Shown: positions 9,512 through 18,093 of the stretch, one piece after another | How positions within the stretch are numbered: position 1 is the stretch's first letter | How the letters are laid out: every line of letters starts with the position of its first letter | Virus record (IMG/VR): IMGVR_UViG_3300005076_000002 | Span: 155,690 to 219,689 of that record | Reading direction: 5' to 3' (one strand) | Length of the DNA: 64,000 nt | From: a virus | Lineage: Duplodnaviria; Caudoviricetes | Notes under the pieces: generated by a model | What the model saw: only the letters and a program-made list of their open reading frames with translations | Database searches by the model: none | What the model was told of the DNA's origin: nothing | Translations under genes and position numbers: made by a program

Positions 9512-10174
9512 ATGAATTTGGCATTTCTTCAACGTCAGCTAAAGGTATTAACGGAAGAGGGAGGTACCCTAACAAAATGTGATGAAGAGTATTTCCCAGA
9601 AAGCCGTTCTTTATTCTCGGGGAATGCCACTTCAAACTTCAAGAATACGAGAGACCAAAAACTCTGGCCTGCCTGGTACCGTGCTTGGCACACGATGTGT
9701 CATTCAGCATTCACCAAAAAGGACAGTGAGGTATGTCTAGCTTGGAGGGACTCCGCTACATTTAAGCTGTGGTACGATAAGCATTACGTGGAAGGGCGTG
9801 CTATGTGCGCCCGTTTCGGTTATCCGGGTGAGCGGTTGTATTGCCCCTATACGACTGCATTTGTCGATCAGGAAGTAATCAAGTGGTTAATGCCTAAAGG
9901 ATTCGAAGGGCGTATGCGCGGTGTCATTGTACGCAATCTGCTTAACGTAACCACTTATTATGCCGTGATTACCCGCTATGGTAAGCGCGTGTCCATCGGA
10001 CGATTCAAGTCTGAGAAAGAAGCGCATAGGGCATGGATACTGGAGAAAATAAAACTCGGCAAAGAGTTAGCTGCTCATTATGCCGATAATGTTATAGTTA
10101 CTCGTGGGATGGGTCGTGTTATTGCCTATCTTCAAGAATGCTATGATAATGATATTGAGGTAACAAAAGTTTGA
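9512..10174 (+). CDS. Degenerate HNH-type endonuclease with C-terminal AP2-like DNA-binding domain
   Basis: YRAWHTM...VCLAW...F..WY...LYCPYTTAFV...RGV...YYAVI...SIGRFKSEKEAHRAW matches the phage HNH-AP2 scaffold; the LDKD and Asn positions appear substituted. Confidence 0.55.
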   Translation: MNLAFLQRQLKVLTEEGGTLTKCDEEYFPESRSLFSGNATSNFKNTRDQKLWPAWYRAWHTMCHSAFTKKDSEVCLAWRDSATFKLWYDKHYVEGRAMCARFGYPGERLYCPYTTAFVDQEVIKWLMPKGFEGRMRGVIVRNLLNVTTYYAVITRYGKRVSIGRFKSEKEAHRAWILEKIKLGKELAAHYADNVIVTRGMGRVIAYLQECYDNDIEVTKV

Positions 10175-10980
10175 ACACTATCACCTACCTATTCGGCGAG
10201 AGTAAATTCCCTGAGCTTTCTGAGGACTGTAAACTCAAAGGGACTTTCGTCGATCTGTCCTCCGTGGCGCTCATCCGCCGCTTCATCAAAGTCCATCGCA
10301 ACCAGGTTGTAGGTCCAGACGGTTTCTATTGTGATGGGCGTCATCTGTTGGGCGGTAGTGTCATTTCCGCACTCCTGACCACCGAGTATATGCGAGCGTT
10401 CCAAGAACTGCTACGCATCACTGCACGGATGACCCACACCTTCCGTATCGTCGTCCCTACTCGTTTGGATGACTTCCTTCCCCGCGACAGCGAGATCAAA
10501 GCCCGTATCTTGCGTAAGGGTGAGGTGACTGTATCATCCAGACCCATGCAGTTGTTTAAGCACGAACTTTCCAGCTACGACGCGTGGGATCTGTCCATCC
10601 TCAGTAACTTCGAGGCGATCTTCCCCGAGAAGGTTTACTCAACTACAGTGGACGGCAAAAGCACCGAAAGCGAGGAGATGCTCACCACCTACGTAAATGA
10701 GCTGGTAAAGTCACCGTTAGAGCTGAGCCGTATTCTCGGCGTCAACTCTCTGCGTATTGAACCGGTACGTGGCGATTACCATCGTCGGCTGTTCATTCAC
10801 TATTCGTTTATCGACATCTACAATCACGCATGGCGTATCCAAGTGCCAGGCAAGATCAGACGTCGTGAACAAATCCTCGATGTCATTGACGCGGTATCGT
10901 TCAACGGTATGAAGTATGACGACCTGCCGCCTGGTATGGCTGATGCTGCGTTGCCGTGGGGTATCGTCTGCGCTAACTAG
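10171..10980 (+). CDS. Hypothetical protein
   Basis: TTG start overlapping the previous stop; GAGG RBS. Confidence 0.75.
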   Translation: MNTITYLFGESKFPELSEDCKLKGTFVDLSSVALIRRFIKVHRNQVVGPDGFYCDGRHLLGGSVISALLTTEYMRAFQELLRITARMTHTFRIVVPTRLDDFLPRDSEIKARILRKGEVTVSSRPMQLFKHELSSYDAWDLSILSNFEAIFPEKVYSTTVDGKSTESEEMLTTYVNELVKSPLELSRILGVNSLRIEPVRGDYHRRLFIHYSFIDIYNHAWRIQVPGKIRRREQILDVIDAVSFNGMKYDDLPPGMADAALPWGIVCAN

Positions 10981-10988
10981 GATGTACC

Positions 10989-11660
10989 ATGAAAGTACGT
11001 TTAGTCGATCGCTTTGGCTATCTGTTAAATCCAGAGGAAGATGAGCGGGTAAAATACCTGCCATTCGTAGGTAACCATTTTACTATCATCGGGAGTCGTA
11101 AGTCTCCCGAATCTGCTGTCGACTACCAGACTGAAATTACGTTGATGCTTTTGAAAGAAGGCTACGTCGTTCGGTCTGGACTGGCTCCAGACGGTGGTGA
11201 CTTGGCCGCTACGAGAGCGGTAATGGAGTATAAGCAGCCTGGATGTGCTGAGCTCTATATACCGTGGGAAGGGTTTGATAAGTGGCGAACCGGGGATATG
11301 GGTAATAATGTCTTTTGCCCACTATCATATGTAAACTACTCACATGCCCGTTATTTGGCAGAGATGGTTCACCCTGCATGGGAACGTTGCAGTCACGCAG
11401 CCAAAGGTCTGCATAGTCGCAATCCCTATCAGGTTCTAGGTGCGTCGCTAGCCAGTCCAAGCGCCTTTGTGCTCTATTGGGCGCCGACCACTAAAGATAA
11501 CTCAGCGGTGTTAGGTGGTACCGCTACCGCAGTCAAGATTGCTAGGCTTTTCAATATCCCGACTTTCAATTTGTACTTGGAAGGAGAGAAAGAAATATTT
11601 GAAGCCTACATCTCGGCTAGGAGGGTAAGAGAATGTCCGAAGTTACAGATAGCGTGTTAG
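10989..11660 (+). CDS. DprA/Smf-like (SLOG superfamily) protein
   Basis: IIGSRKSP, VVRSGLA.GGD, YIPWEGF, HPAWERC, LHSRNPYQVLG and GGTATAVKIA...IPTFNL motifs. Confidence 0.75.
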   Translation: MKVRLVDRFGYLLNPEEDERVKYLPFVGNHFTIIGSRKSPESAVDYQTEITLMLLKEGYVVRSGLAPDGGDLAATRAVMEYKQPGCAELYIPWEGFDKWRTGDMGNNVFCPLSYVNYSHARYLAEMVHPAWERCSHAAKGLHSRNPYQVLGASLASPSAFVLYWAPTTKDNSAVLGGTATAVKIARLFNIPTFNLYLEGEKEIFEAYISARRVRECPKLQIAC

Positions 11661-11929
11661 CCGAACTTATCAGCATCACTCAGGAAGACTTCGATGATGG
11701 CGTGCAGGAGATCCTCCTGCATTTCGACACCAAACGTGTCGTTAAGCAGAAGTGGGAATGGCCTGATCTGAAGTTCCGTGGTAGCGACGAAACTGAATCG
11801 GCATACAAACTGTTCGAAAAGGCACATGCTGCCAACATCGATGTGAACATCGTCTATGGCATCATCACGGCTACCGCAAGACAGGTAGACGGTGAGGAGC
11901 TCGAAGTAGTTCCTGCCGAGGAACAGTAA
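11633..11929 (+). CDS. Hypothetical acidic protein
   Basis: AGGAGG RBS; ends just before a terminator. Confidence 0.75.
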   Translation: MSEVTDSVLAELISITQEDFDDGVQEILLHFDTKRVVKQKWEWPDLKFRGSDETESAYKLFEKAHAANIDVNIVYGIITATARQVDGEELEVVPAEEQ

Positions 11930-11932
11930 GAT

Positions 11933-11969
11933 GCTAGGGGCTAATGCCCCTAGTTCTTTTTTTTTTGCC
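11933..11969 (+). terminator. CTAGGGG-family terminator
   Basis: GCTAGGGGC-taat-GCCCCTAGT then TC-T-run-GCC. Confidence 0.85.
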
Positions 11970-11982
11970 CTATTCCAAAATA

Positions 11983-12006
11983 ATTCAACTATATATTATC
12001 ATTGTG
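11983..12006 (+). promoter_or_regulatory. Putative phage early promoter (24-nt motif)
   Basis: ATTCAACTATATATTATCATTGTG. Confidence 0.65.
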
Positions 12007-12174
12007 CAATACGCAATGTATTTGATCGGCATGACCTTTCGGATACTTACTTGGTATAACCTGGTTGGAGAATGAAAATGATTGTACTACACATCGACGT
12101 GTGTGCCTCGTTTAAACATTTTCTAACCAGGGGAGGGTATTTGTATTTAAAGGGGGTGATTCCCCCCTATTTTT
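12007..12174 (+). ncRNA. Candidate phage small structured RNA
   Basis: Lies between the early-promoter motif and a terminator (12151-12174). 15-bp stem 12060-12074/12117-12131 with two G-U pairs, plus nested inner stems. No credible ORF. Confidence 0.5.
12151..12174 (+). terminator. Intrinsic terminator
   Basis: AGGGGG-tgattc-CCCCCT-ATTTTT. Confidence 0.65.
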
Positions 12175-12200
12175 GTCTTTTCTTTTTTTAGGAGGCCATC

Positions 12201-12917
12201 GTGGCAGGTTACCCAAAAGCTTATATGTTAAGCAAGAAGAAGGTTAAGTTAAATGAAGATATCCCCACACTGACCCTAGATGATTTCATAGAGCTAAGTG
12301 ATGATGCAATAAACCATTGCTACGATGTCTATGTTCTGGACAAATTCAAGAAGAAGGAAATAAAACGCCTCGAAGAGTTTGCCTCTGAGAACTTCGTCAC
12401 TGTAAACTACAGACAGCCGTCGAAGAAAGAAATAAAAGCTGCCAAGAAATCAAAAAAGGAAACAGATGTTTCCATCCAGCCGTCGACCGTCGATTCGGAG
12501 AACACGCAACTACTGCCAAACCGCGATTATGTCGTGAAGGTTATCGGCACGCCACCTGTACCACGAGCAAAAAATAAAAGGGATCGAATAATCGTTACAC
12601 CGTTCGGACCTATGAGGGAATCTGAATATGCAGCGATGCCATTTACCCCCATCTTGCAGGCAGTGATGTCGAGCGCGTTTTATATTGCTAGCGGCAGTAA
12701 ACCCAAGGACGAACCCATCGTTCAGCAGGCTTACTATAACCGCGTGGCGCTGGCAGATGCATTGGCAGCCAAACTCCCATGGCAGGCGTCTGCCAGTGAG
12801 CGTAATGCTTTTAAGTACCACATTTGTCGCGAGATGTCAGAGGATGAGGTAGTTAACCTAGCAGTAGATACCATGGCTCAACACGAGCTGGTAAAAGGAT
12901 TCACCGTTAAAAAATAA
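12201..12917 (+). CDS. Hypothetical Lys-rich protein
   Basis: AGGAGG RBS; GTG start. Confidence 0.75.
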   Translation: MAGYPKAYMLSKKKVKLNEDIPTLTLDDFIELSDDAINHCYDVYVLDKFKKKEIKRLEEFASENFVTVNYRQPSKKEIKAAKKSKKETDVSIQPSTVDSENTQLLPNRDYVVKVIGTPPVPRAKNKRDRIIVTPFGPMRESEYAAMPFTPILQAVMSSAFYIASGSKPKDEPIVQQAYYNRVALADALAAKLPWQASASERNAFKYHICREMSEDEVVNLAVDTMAQHELVKGFTVKK

Positions 12918-12965
12918 CAAAGTGGGTTTACTATAAGTAAGCCCATCATAAGTCTCGGAGTAAAC

Positions 12966-13592
12966 ATGTCAGGACATACCAAGAAGTCGAATAACATTGC
13001 TTTGAACCCACTTGCTCGTAAATTCTGGGCTGAGCAAATATATCGAACGTATGGCGTAGGGAATGTGGATGCCATGGGTATGATTATCAAATTCCTGTGC
13101 CCAGAGCTCAACGGAGAGTCCGTCTACACCATTAAGGGATACGGTGTAGACGCTGTTGCGGAAAACGCTTATGGGTTCTATGAAGCTAGAATCCTAAAGC
13201 TCGTGCAGCGTATAGGGGCACATCGTGACTGTCGCACTATCCCAACTATTGAGGTTGTGCGCGGATTGCTCAGGGAAGCATGTATCGCATTTAACAACAC
13301 GATTTCTCGCGTACGGATCAAGGAAGGTAAACAGGTGTATTATCGCCAGACCGAACACAGCTACGAGATGATCTGCGGTGATGACAAATTCGTCATGTCT
13401 CAGATCATGGGTGTCCCGGCAACAGAGTTCGAAGTCAAGTTCAAGCGGGCTTACGAATTCCATGTTCCTGCGAAAGACCATCTGGTTTTAAGTGGCTACC
13501 GCAAAGTAGTATCGCGGCCCAATCGCAAGTTCTTATTCACTGAACAAGGATGGCAGATGAAAACACGCTGCTACAATACGAAATGTTTGTGA
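12966..13592 (+). CDS. Hypothetical protein
   Basis: GGAG RBS. Confidence 0.75.
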   Translation: MSGHTKKSNNIALNPLARKFWAEQIYRTYGVGNVDAMGMIIKFLCPELNGESVYTIKGYGVDAVAENAYGFYEARILKLVQRIGAHRDCRTIPTIEVVRGLLREACIAFNNTISRVRIKEGKQVYYRQTEHSYEMICGDDKFVMSQIMGVPATEFEVKFKRAYEFHVPAKDHLVLSGYRKVVSRPNRKFLFTEQGWQMKTRCYNTKCL

Positions 13593-13598
13593 GGATTT

Positions 13599-14033
13599 AT
13601 GTTATTTCTAATGCCGGAGTCGTGGGTTGTTGACGGCGTGTCTCTAAGTCCAAATGTTCGTGTTATTTTGTCTACCCTACTGACTAATGCTATCGGGGAA
13701 GATATCACACCAGAGTACGAGTGGCGGCGATTAATGAAACCTACTACGTTTGCTTACAATGGTGCGGTTATCGATATTAACCTTAGGAATATTGGCCATA
13801 ACCAACTCGTCGTCATTGCACACGTCTCAGAGTCAGACGGCGTGATCAAGGACGTTATGAGGCAACTCGAATTTGATAAAATCAGAGAGGCCAAAATTAA
13901 AATATTCAATCGGACGGATAAAACGGTACCGGATGAGGACTGGTACTGTGGTATCAAATACACAGGTTACTATACTGCAATCGGGGCCCTCGAAAAACTC
14001 GCGGTAAGTGAAAAAGACTTTATCAAACACTAG
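13599..14033 (+). CDS. Hypothetical protein
   Basis: GAGGA RBS. Confidence 0.75.
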   Translation: MLFLMPESWVVDGVSLSPNVRVILSTLLTNAIGEDITPEYEWRRLMKPTTFAYNGAVIDINLRNIGHNQLVVIAHVSESDGVIKDVMRQLEFDKIREAKIKIFNRTDKTVPDEDWYCGIKYTGYYTAIGALEKLAVSEKDFIKH

Positions 14034-14042
14034 GACTTTAAC

Positions 14043-15152
14043 ATGTATCTTATTACCAAGCACGACAACTTCCACCGTCACATCCAACAACCCTTTATGC
14101 CCAAGAGCGTATCTCGTATCGGTACGACCAAGGTTGAGAACGTCATCTACACACTGTACTTTGCCGACGTTGAAGACGTTACCGGTGAAATCGGTGAGAA
14201 CGTGTTCTTCTTTGGCCTTTCCGAAGATTTCGGCGCCATTCTTAACCGGCTTAAATCTCGCGGTGGCGCTAAAGCCGAGGGACGTATTCTGTACCACGGC
14301 TTCATGAATAATGAACAGACTGTTACTGCTGAGCTCAACGACAGTATAGAAAATCTGTCGGTGGCTTTTGGTCTGGGGTCAGCCCTGAGTAAATCTCAAG
14401 AAGACCATCGTCGCATGATGGCTCTCGCAGAACAGTACAATATGGAGTCTGAAAACGAAGAAGCACTGAAGAGTGCACTGCTTGGCATGTACAAAGAGTT
14501 CATGGCTGTAATGTCTCCACGTATCGTACTCGAGGGCATGAAACAACGCCAGCATGTCGTAGTCAGTCAAGGCGGTGTTATGACCGATGCACAGATCGCC
14601 CAAGCCGTTCTCGACCATGGTATGATCAAACCTTTCTTTATGGACACCGTCCGTGAAGTAAATGGCCAGCCGGTGATCTCCTTTGGTCTGGGTTCGATGG
14701 GCTATGATACTCGCCTGCGCCCTATCTTCAAGCTGTTCAAGAAAGACCCGATCAATGGCGCGATCGACCCGAAAGCTTTCAACGAGAAACACGTAAGGAT
14801 CGTTGAAGGTGATGTCATCGAATTGCCCCCGAAGACCTATGCGTTGAGTGAGACTGTTGAACGATTCGACATGCCCAATAACGTAATGGCTTTCTGTCTG
14901 GCAAAGTCGACCTATGCCCGCTGCTGTATCGGTGTAAACACTACACCTATTTGGCCAGGCTTCAAAGGCCATGTCGTTATCGAGTTCTATAACCACGGTG
15001 ACGTCCCGGTTAAGATCTATGCAAATGAAGGGTTTGCGCAGTTCGTCTTCATGCGTGCATCGCAAGACGTTAATCGCAATTATGCCGACCGTGGCGGCGT
15101 CTACCACGGACAAGAAACAGGTGTTCAATCTGCAAAGGTAGGTAAGCAATGA
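14043..15152 (+). CDS. dcd: dCTP deaminase with ~175-aa N-terminal extension
   Basis: MIKPF, ISFGLGSMGYD.RL, IDPKAF, KSTYARC, IEFYN (catalytic Glu), KIYANEG.AQ and Y..RGG.Y.GQ motifs. Confidence 0.9.
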   Translation: MYLITKHDNFHRHIQQPFMPKSVSRIGTTKVENVIYTLYFADVEDVTGEIGENVFFFGLSEDFGAILNRLKSRGGAKAEGRILYHGFMNNEQTVTAELNDSIENLSVAFGLGSALSKSQEDHRRMMALAEQYNMESENEEALKSALLGMYKEFMAVMSPRIVLEGMKQRQHVVVSQGGVMTDAQIAQAVLDHGMIKPFFMDTVREVNGQPVISFGLGSMGYDTRLRPIFKLFKKDPINGAIDPKAFNEKHVRIVEGDVIELPPKTYALSETVERFDMPNNVMAFCLAKSTYARCCIGVNTTPIWPGFKGHVVIEFYNHGDVPVKIYANEGFAQFVFMRASQDVNRNYADRGGVYHGQETGVQSAKVGKQ

Positions 15153-15670
15153 ACCACATCATTAAGGTATCCTCCGTGATACCGGACTACAGCGTCGCAT
15201 TAGACACGTTGTTGGTGTCTGCTGCTGGTGCCGCTTCGGTAGCAGAGGCGCAGATGAGTATCTCCGCGCTGATACGTACCGCCGCACATGAAACGCTGGT
15301 ACTGGGAGACCCCCATGACCCATCGTTTGAACTGACTGTCCTGATTCCTGGTATCAAAACCTTGATGGACGAGTCACGTCTGCATCAGCAGATGATGGGG
15401 ATGGCAGTTAACCTCATTGGCCCTCCGATGGCTATCCATGCACAGACGGAATCCGAAAGCGTAAAGGAGACGTTCTTCGAAATTGTCAACACGCTGGGTT
15501 GGCTCGGGGAATACCTCGGCCCGCAGGTACAGATCGATGGACTTAAGTTCATTGACGTGCCGGTCGGTGAAAACAAACGTCATATGACGGCGATCATGTT
15601 CAATGGTCGTCTGCATCCGACATCATTCATTAACTTCGTTGGCAATCGTAACTACTACTACTCGGTGTAA
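15149..15670 (+). CDS. Hypothetical protein
   Basis: Start overlaps the dcd stop (ATGA). Confidence 0.75.
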   Translation: MNHIIKVSSVIPDYSVALDTLLVSAAGAASVAEAQMSISALIRTAAHETLVLGDPHDPSFELTVLIPGIKTLMDESRLHQQMMGMAVNLIGPPMAIHAQTESESVKETFFEIVNTLGWLGEYLGPQVQIDGLKFIDVPVGENKRHMTAIMFNGRLHPTSFINFVGNRNYYYSV

Positions 15671-15671
15671 T

Positions 15672-15794
15672 ATGAAGACCTTCTTTAAAGCAATGTCTGT
15701 TGTCGCTGCTGCTGTTGTCGGTCTGGCCGCTCCTTACGGGGCGGTCGCTATTTACCTCATGGGAATCATCTGGTATAACCAGATTTTTCATTGA
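15672..15794 (+). CDS. Small hydrophobic/membrane protein (40 aa)
   Basis: MKTFFKAMSVVAAAVVGLAAPYGAVAIYLMGIIWYNQIFH; fills the gap between genes. Confidence 0.55.
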   Translation: MKTFFKAMSVVAAAVVGLAAPYGAVAIYLMGIIWYNQIFH

Positions 15795-15812
15795 TATGTA
15801 AAGGGAGCAATC

Positions 15813-16301
15813 ATGCATGAACTAATCTTTCAATTGAGGCGCTACTATATGAAGCCGATGAGTTTCGTTAGTAAGCGCTGGTGGAACCTCAAACTCGATA
15901 TCCTTTGCAAGTATTATGGTGGCGGTAAGAATATCCCTCCTGCGGTACTAGCCAAATGGTGCCCTATAGTACATGACAATATTGAACGGGCGTGTATCGG
16001 AGCCTGTCTACCGGTTGTACGGCTGGGACAGTTCTTGGGTATTCCGCTTGAACAAGACATCGCCATGGCGTATTTCAACGGCTTCGTGTACAACAATGCA
16101 AAAACCTACTACGAATTGAAAGTGGGCCGTCGTATTGCGTTATCGGTTCGCCCTGCTAAACAGTATTTCCGTTGCCTTTATATGCAGGGGCATTATCAGC
16201 GTAAAATCAAATTCGTTCTCTCTCAACCGGAAAAGCTGGAAGAGTTCCGTAAGTTGATAGAAGAACCCAACGAGCACTTAACGTTGTCAATCAGCGTATA
16301 A
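15813..16301 (+). CDS. Hypothetical protein
   Basis: GGGAG RBS. Confidence 0.75.
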   Translation: MHELIFQLRRYYMKPMSFVSKRWWNLKLDILCKYYGGGKNIPPAVLAKWCPIVHDNIERACIGACLPVVRLGQFLGIPLEQDIAMAYFNGFVYNNAKTYYELKVGRRIALSVRPAKQYFRCLYMQGHYQRKIKFVLSQPEKLEEFRKLIEEPNEHLTLSISV

Positions 16302-16304
16302 CAA

Positions 16305-16332
16305 AGAGCGGGGAAACCCGCTCTATTTTTTT
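16305..16332 (+). terminator. Intrinsic terminator
   Basis: AGAGCGGG-gaaa-CCCGCTCT-ATTTTTTT. Confidence 0.85.
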
Positions 16333-16380
16333 ATTTACTTTTCAGCGCATCTTTTGCTAGATTCAACAGGAATAATAATA

Positions 16381-17100
16381 ATGTCTTTTGTTAACATTCA
16401 ACGTGTAGTGCGCGAAGTCTTCGAGTGGGCGCCGTCGTTTAACCCCCGCGACCCCGAAGACATTTTCAGGATTATCGAATCTTTACATGAACCCCTCACT
16501 GCCGAGGGTCGTATCCGTCTGATGACGGCACACGCCGTAAGCTTCCACGATGCCCGTGGTATTTACGAGACGGCTACCAGACCCCTTACATGGGACGAGT
16601 ATGCGTTTGAGGATAAGGTCTTCCTTATTGCGCTAGTGGCTTACCACACCCACTATCGTTTTACTCCGCCGTCCGTACGGGAAGTAGCCACCAACCATTA
16701 CATTAACTACATCAGTAATATTATCTACGGTTGGACTACCTACAATCACAAAGTAGACCCGTCACGTTACAATCTCGCGGAACGGTGCCGCTCTATTCGT
16801 AACTTCATGACGATAATGAACTTCACCACTATCCGGCTGACCAAAACGCTTTATGCGTATATGGCAAACACCGCACCGCTGGATGACGTAATGGAATTCG
16901 CCAGCCGTAATCGCGTTATTGACGAAATCGTAAATCATGAAGCTTATATCTCCATGATGTTCAAAGTCGAATATCGACTGGCTTCACAAACCAACATGAA
17001 CCCCAACAACGCAGTACGTATCGTGCGTGCTGTGATGGATGAAATGCCGGGCGCCACCTACACTACAATTCTTAACCTTCACCTTGACCGAGAAAAATAA
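16381..17100 (+). CDS. Hypothetical protein
   Basis: AGGA RBS before ATG 16381. Confidence 0.75.
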   Translation: MSFVNIQRVVREVFEWAPSFNPRDPEDIFRIIESLHEPLTAEGRIRLMTAHAVSFHDARGIYETATRPLTWDEYAFEDKVFLIALVAYHTHYRFTPPSVREVATNHYINYISNIIYGWTTYNHKVDPSRYNLAERCRSIRNFMTIMNFTTIRLTKTLYAYMANTAPLDDVMEFASRNRVIDEIVNHEAYISMMFKVEYRLASQTNMNPNNAVRIVRAVMDEMPGATYTTILNLHLDREK

Positions 17101-17102
17101 AA

Positions 17103-17843
17103 ATGGACCCCATTCAAACTTACGTCGATAAACTTTTTTCCTATGACAAGCGCTACAGCTTCGATGACATCCGCCAAGTAGAAGTCGCCCTGCGTGAGAT
17201 GGGTATTGGCCAGGGCAAAGATTTCTGGCAGACACTCCAGGCTGTTAATGCAGCGGTAAAGTACGGCGCTACGCGTACTGGTCGTAATGGCTTCTCGCTC
17301 TCCACTGGTACTGGCATGGGGCGTTATCTTCCGATGGACGGGATTCTGCTGACCATGACCGCCAGAGCCCAAACCGGCTATGACAGGGTAGCTTCTGTCG
17401 TGGGTATGAATATTGTCATTTCTCGCCACTACCGTAAGTTTACTGAAATGGCTATCCGCCAATATTTCAGGAACTGTTCCGCTGACGGCCATATCAACCA
17501 GCCTATCTCTCAGCGCTGTCGTCACATCAAGGGCTACATCGAAAGCGCCCAGATGAACTGCTGGACAATCGCACGTATGGTGTGTCGTTCTTTGTGCGAG
17601 CAGCTCAGCATTAAAGATATGGACCTCATGCCCACTGGCGCTGCTATCGACAGTGTCTTCCTGGGCTCTCCCAAGTTTTTGTATCTGTTGACCCTCATTG
17701 AAGATGAGGCCACTAAACAAAACTGGAATACCGATACCGCGTTCTACTGCATGCGAATCGTAATGGACCGTGAAGACCAGCTCATCGAACCACTGCTCCA
17801 AGAGATCATCGACCGGGAACGCGAAAGGAGAAACAAAAAATGA
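17103..17843 (+). CDS. Hypothetical protein
   Basis: Tightly packed with neighbours; 246 aa. Confidence 0.75.
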   Translation: MDPIQTYVDKLFSYDKRYSFDDIRQVEVALREMGIGQGKDFWQTLQAVNAAVKYGATRTGRNGFSLSTGTGMGRYLPMDGILLTMTARAQTGYDRVASVVGMNIVISRHYRKFTEMAIRQYFRNCSADGHINQPISQRCRHIKGYIESAQMNCWTIARMVCRSLCEQLSIKDMDLMPTGAAIDSVFLGSPKFLYLLTLIEDEATKQNWNTDTAFYCMRIVMDREDQLIEPLLQEIIDRERERRNKK

Positions 17844-18031
17844 TAAAGACGGGACGGACGTGGGAGCCTGGGCTGATGGACGATATCCCAATACTCACGA
17901 AGGATGCCGATACGGGCAAAGAGCATGTCCGTATTGGTAGTTGTAATCAGCAGGCATTGATGATCATTGCAAAAGACCCCGAGCGGGTCTTTACCGAACG
18001 CTTGGCAAGTGGCGATATAGGCATTTTCTAA
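17840..18031 (+). CDS. Small hypothetical protein
   Basis: AAGGAG RBS; ATGA overlap. Confidence 0.65.
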   Translation: MIKTGRTWEPGLMDDIPILTKDADTGKEHVRIGSCNQQALMIIAKDPERVFTERLASGDIGIF

Positions 18032-18093
18032 AATCTAAATAATAACGTCGGGGAGTCTACTATGTAGGTCCCTTAAAACGTACCGGAGTAAAA

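Noticed and set aside
12078-12191. 37-codon ORF MIVLHIDVC... within the candidate sRNA
   Set aside because: Its RBS is buried in the 15-bp stem and the frame runs through the terminator and T-tract; not fully excluded as a leader or toxin peptide
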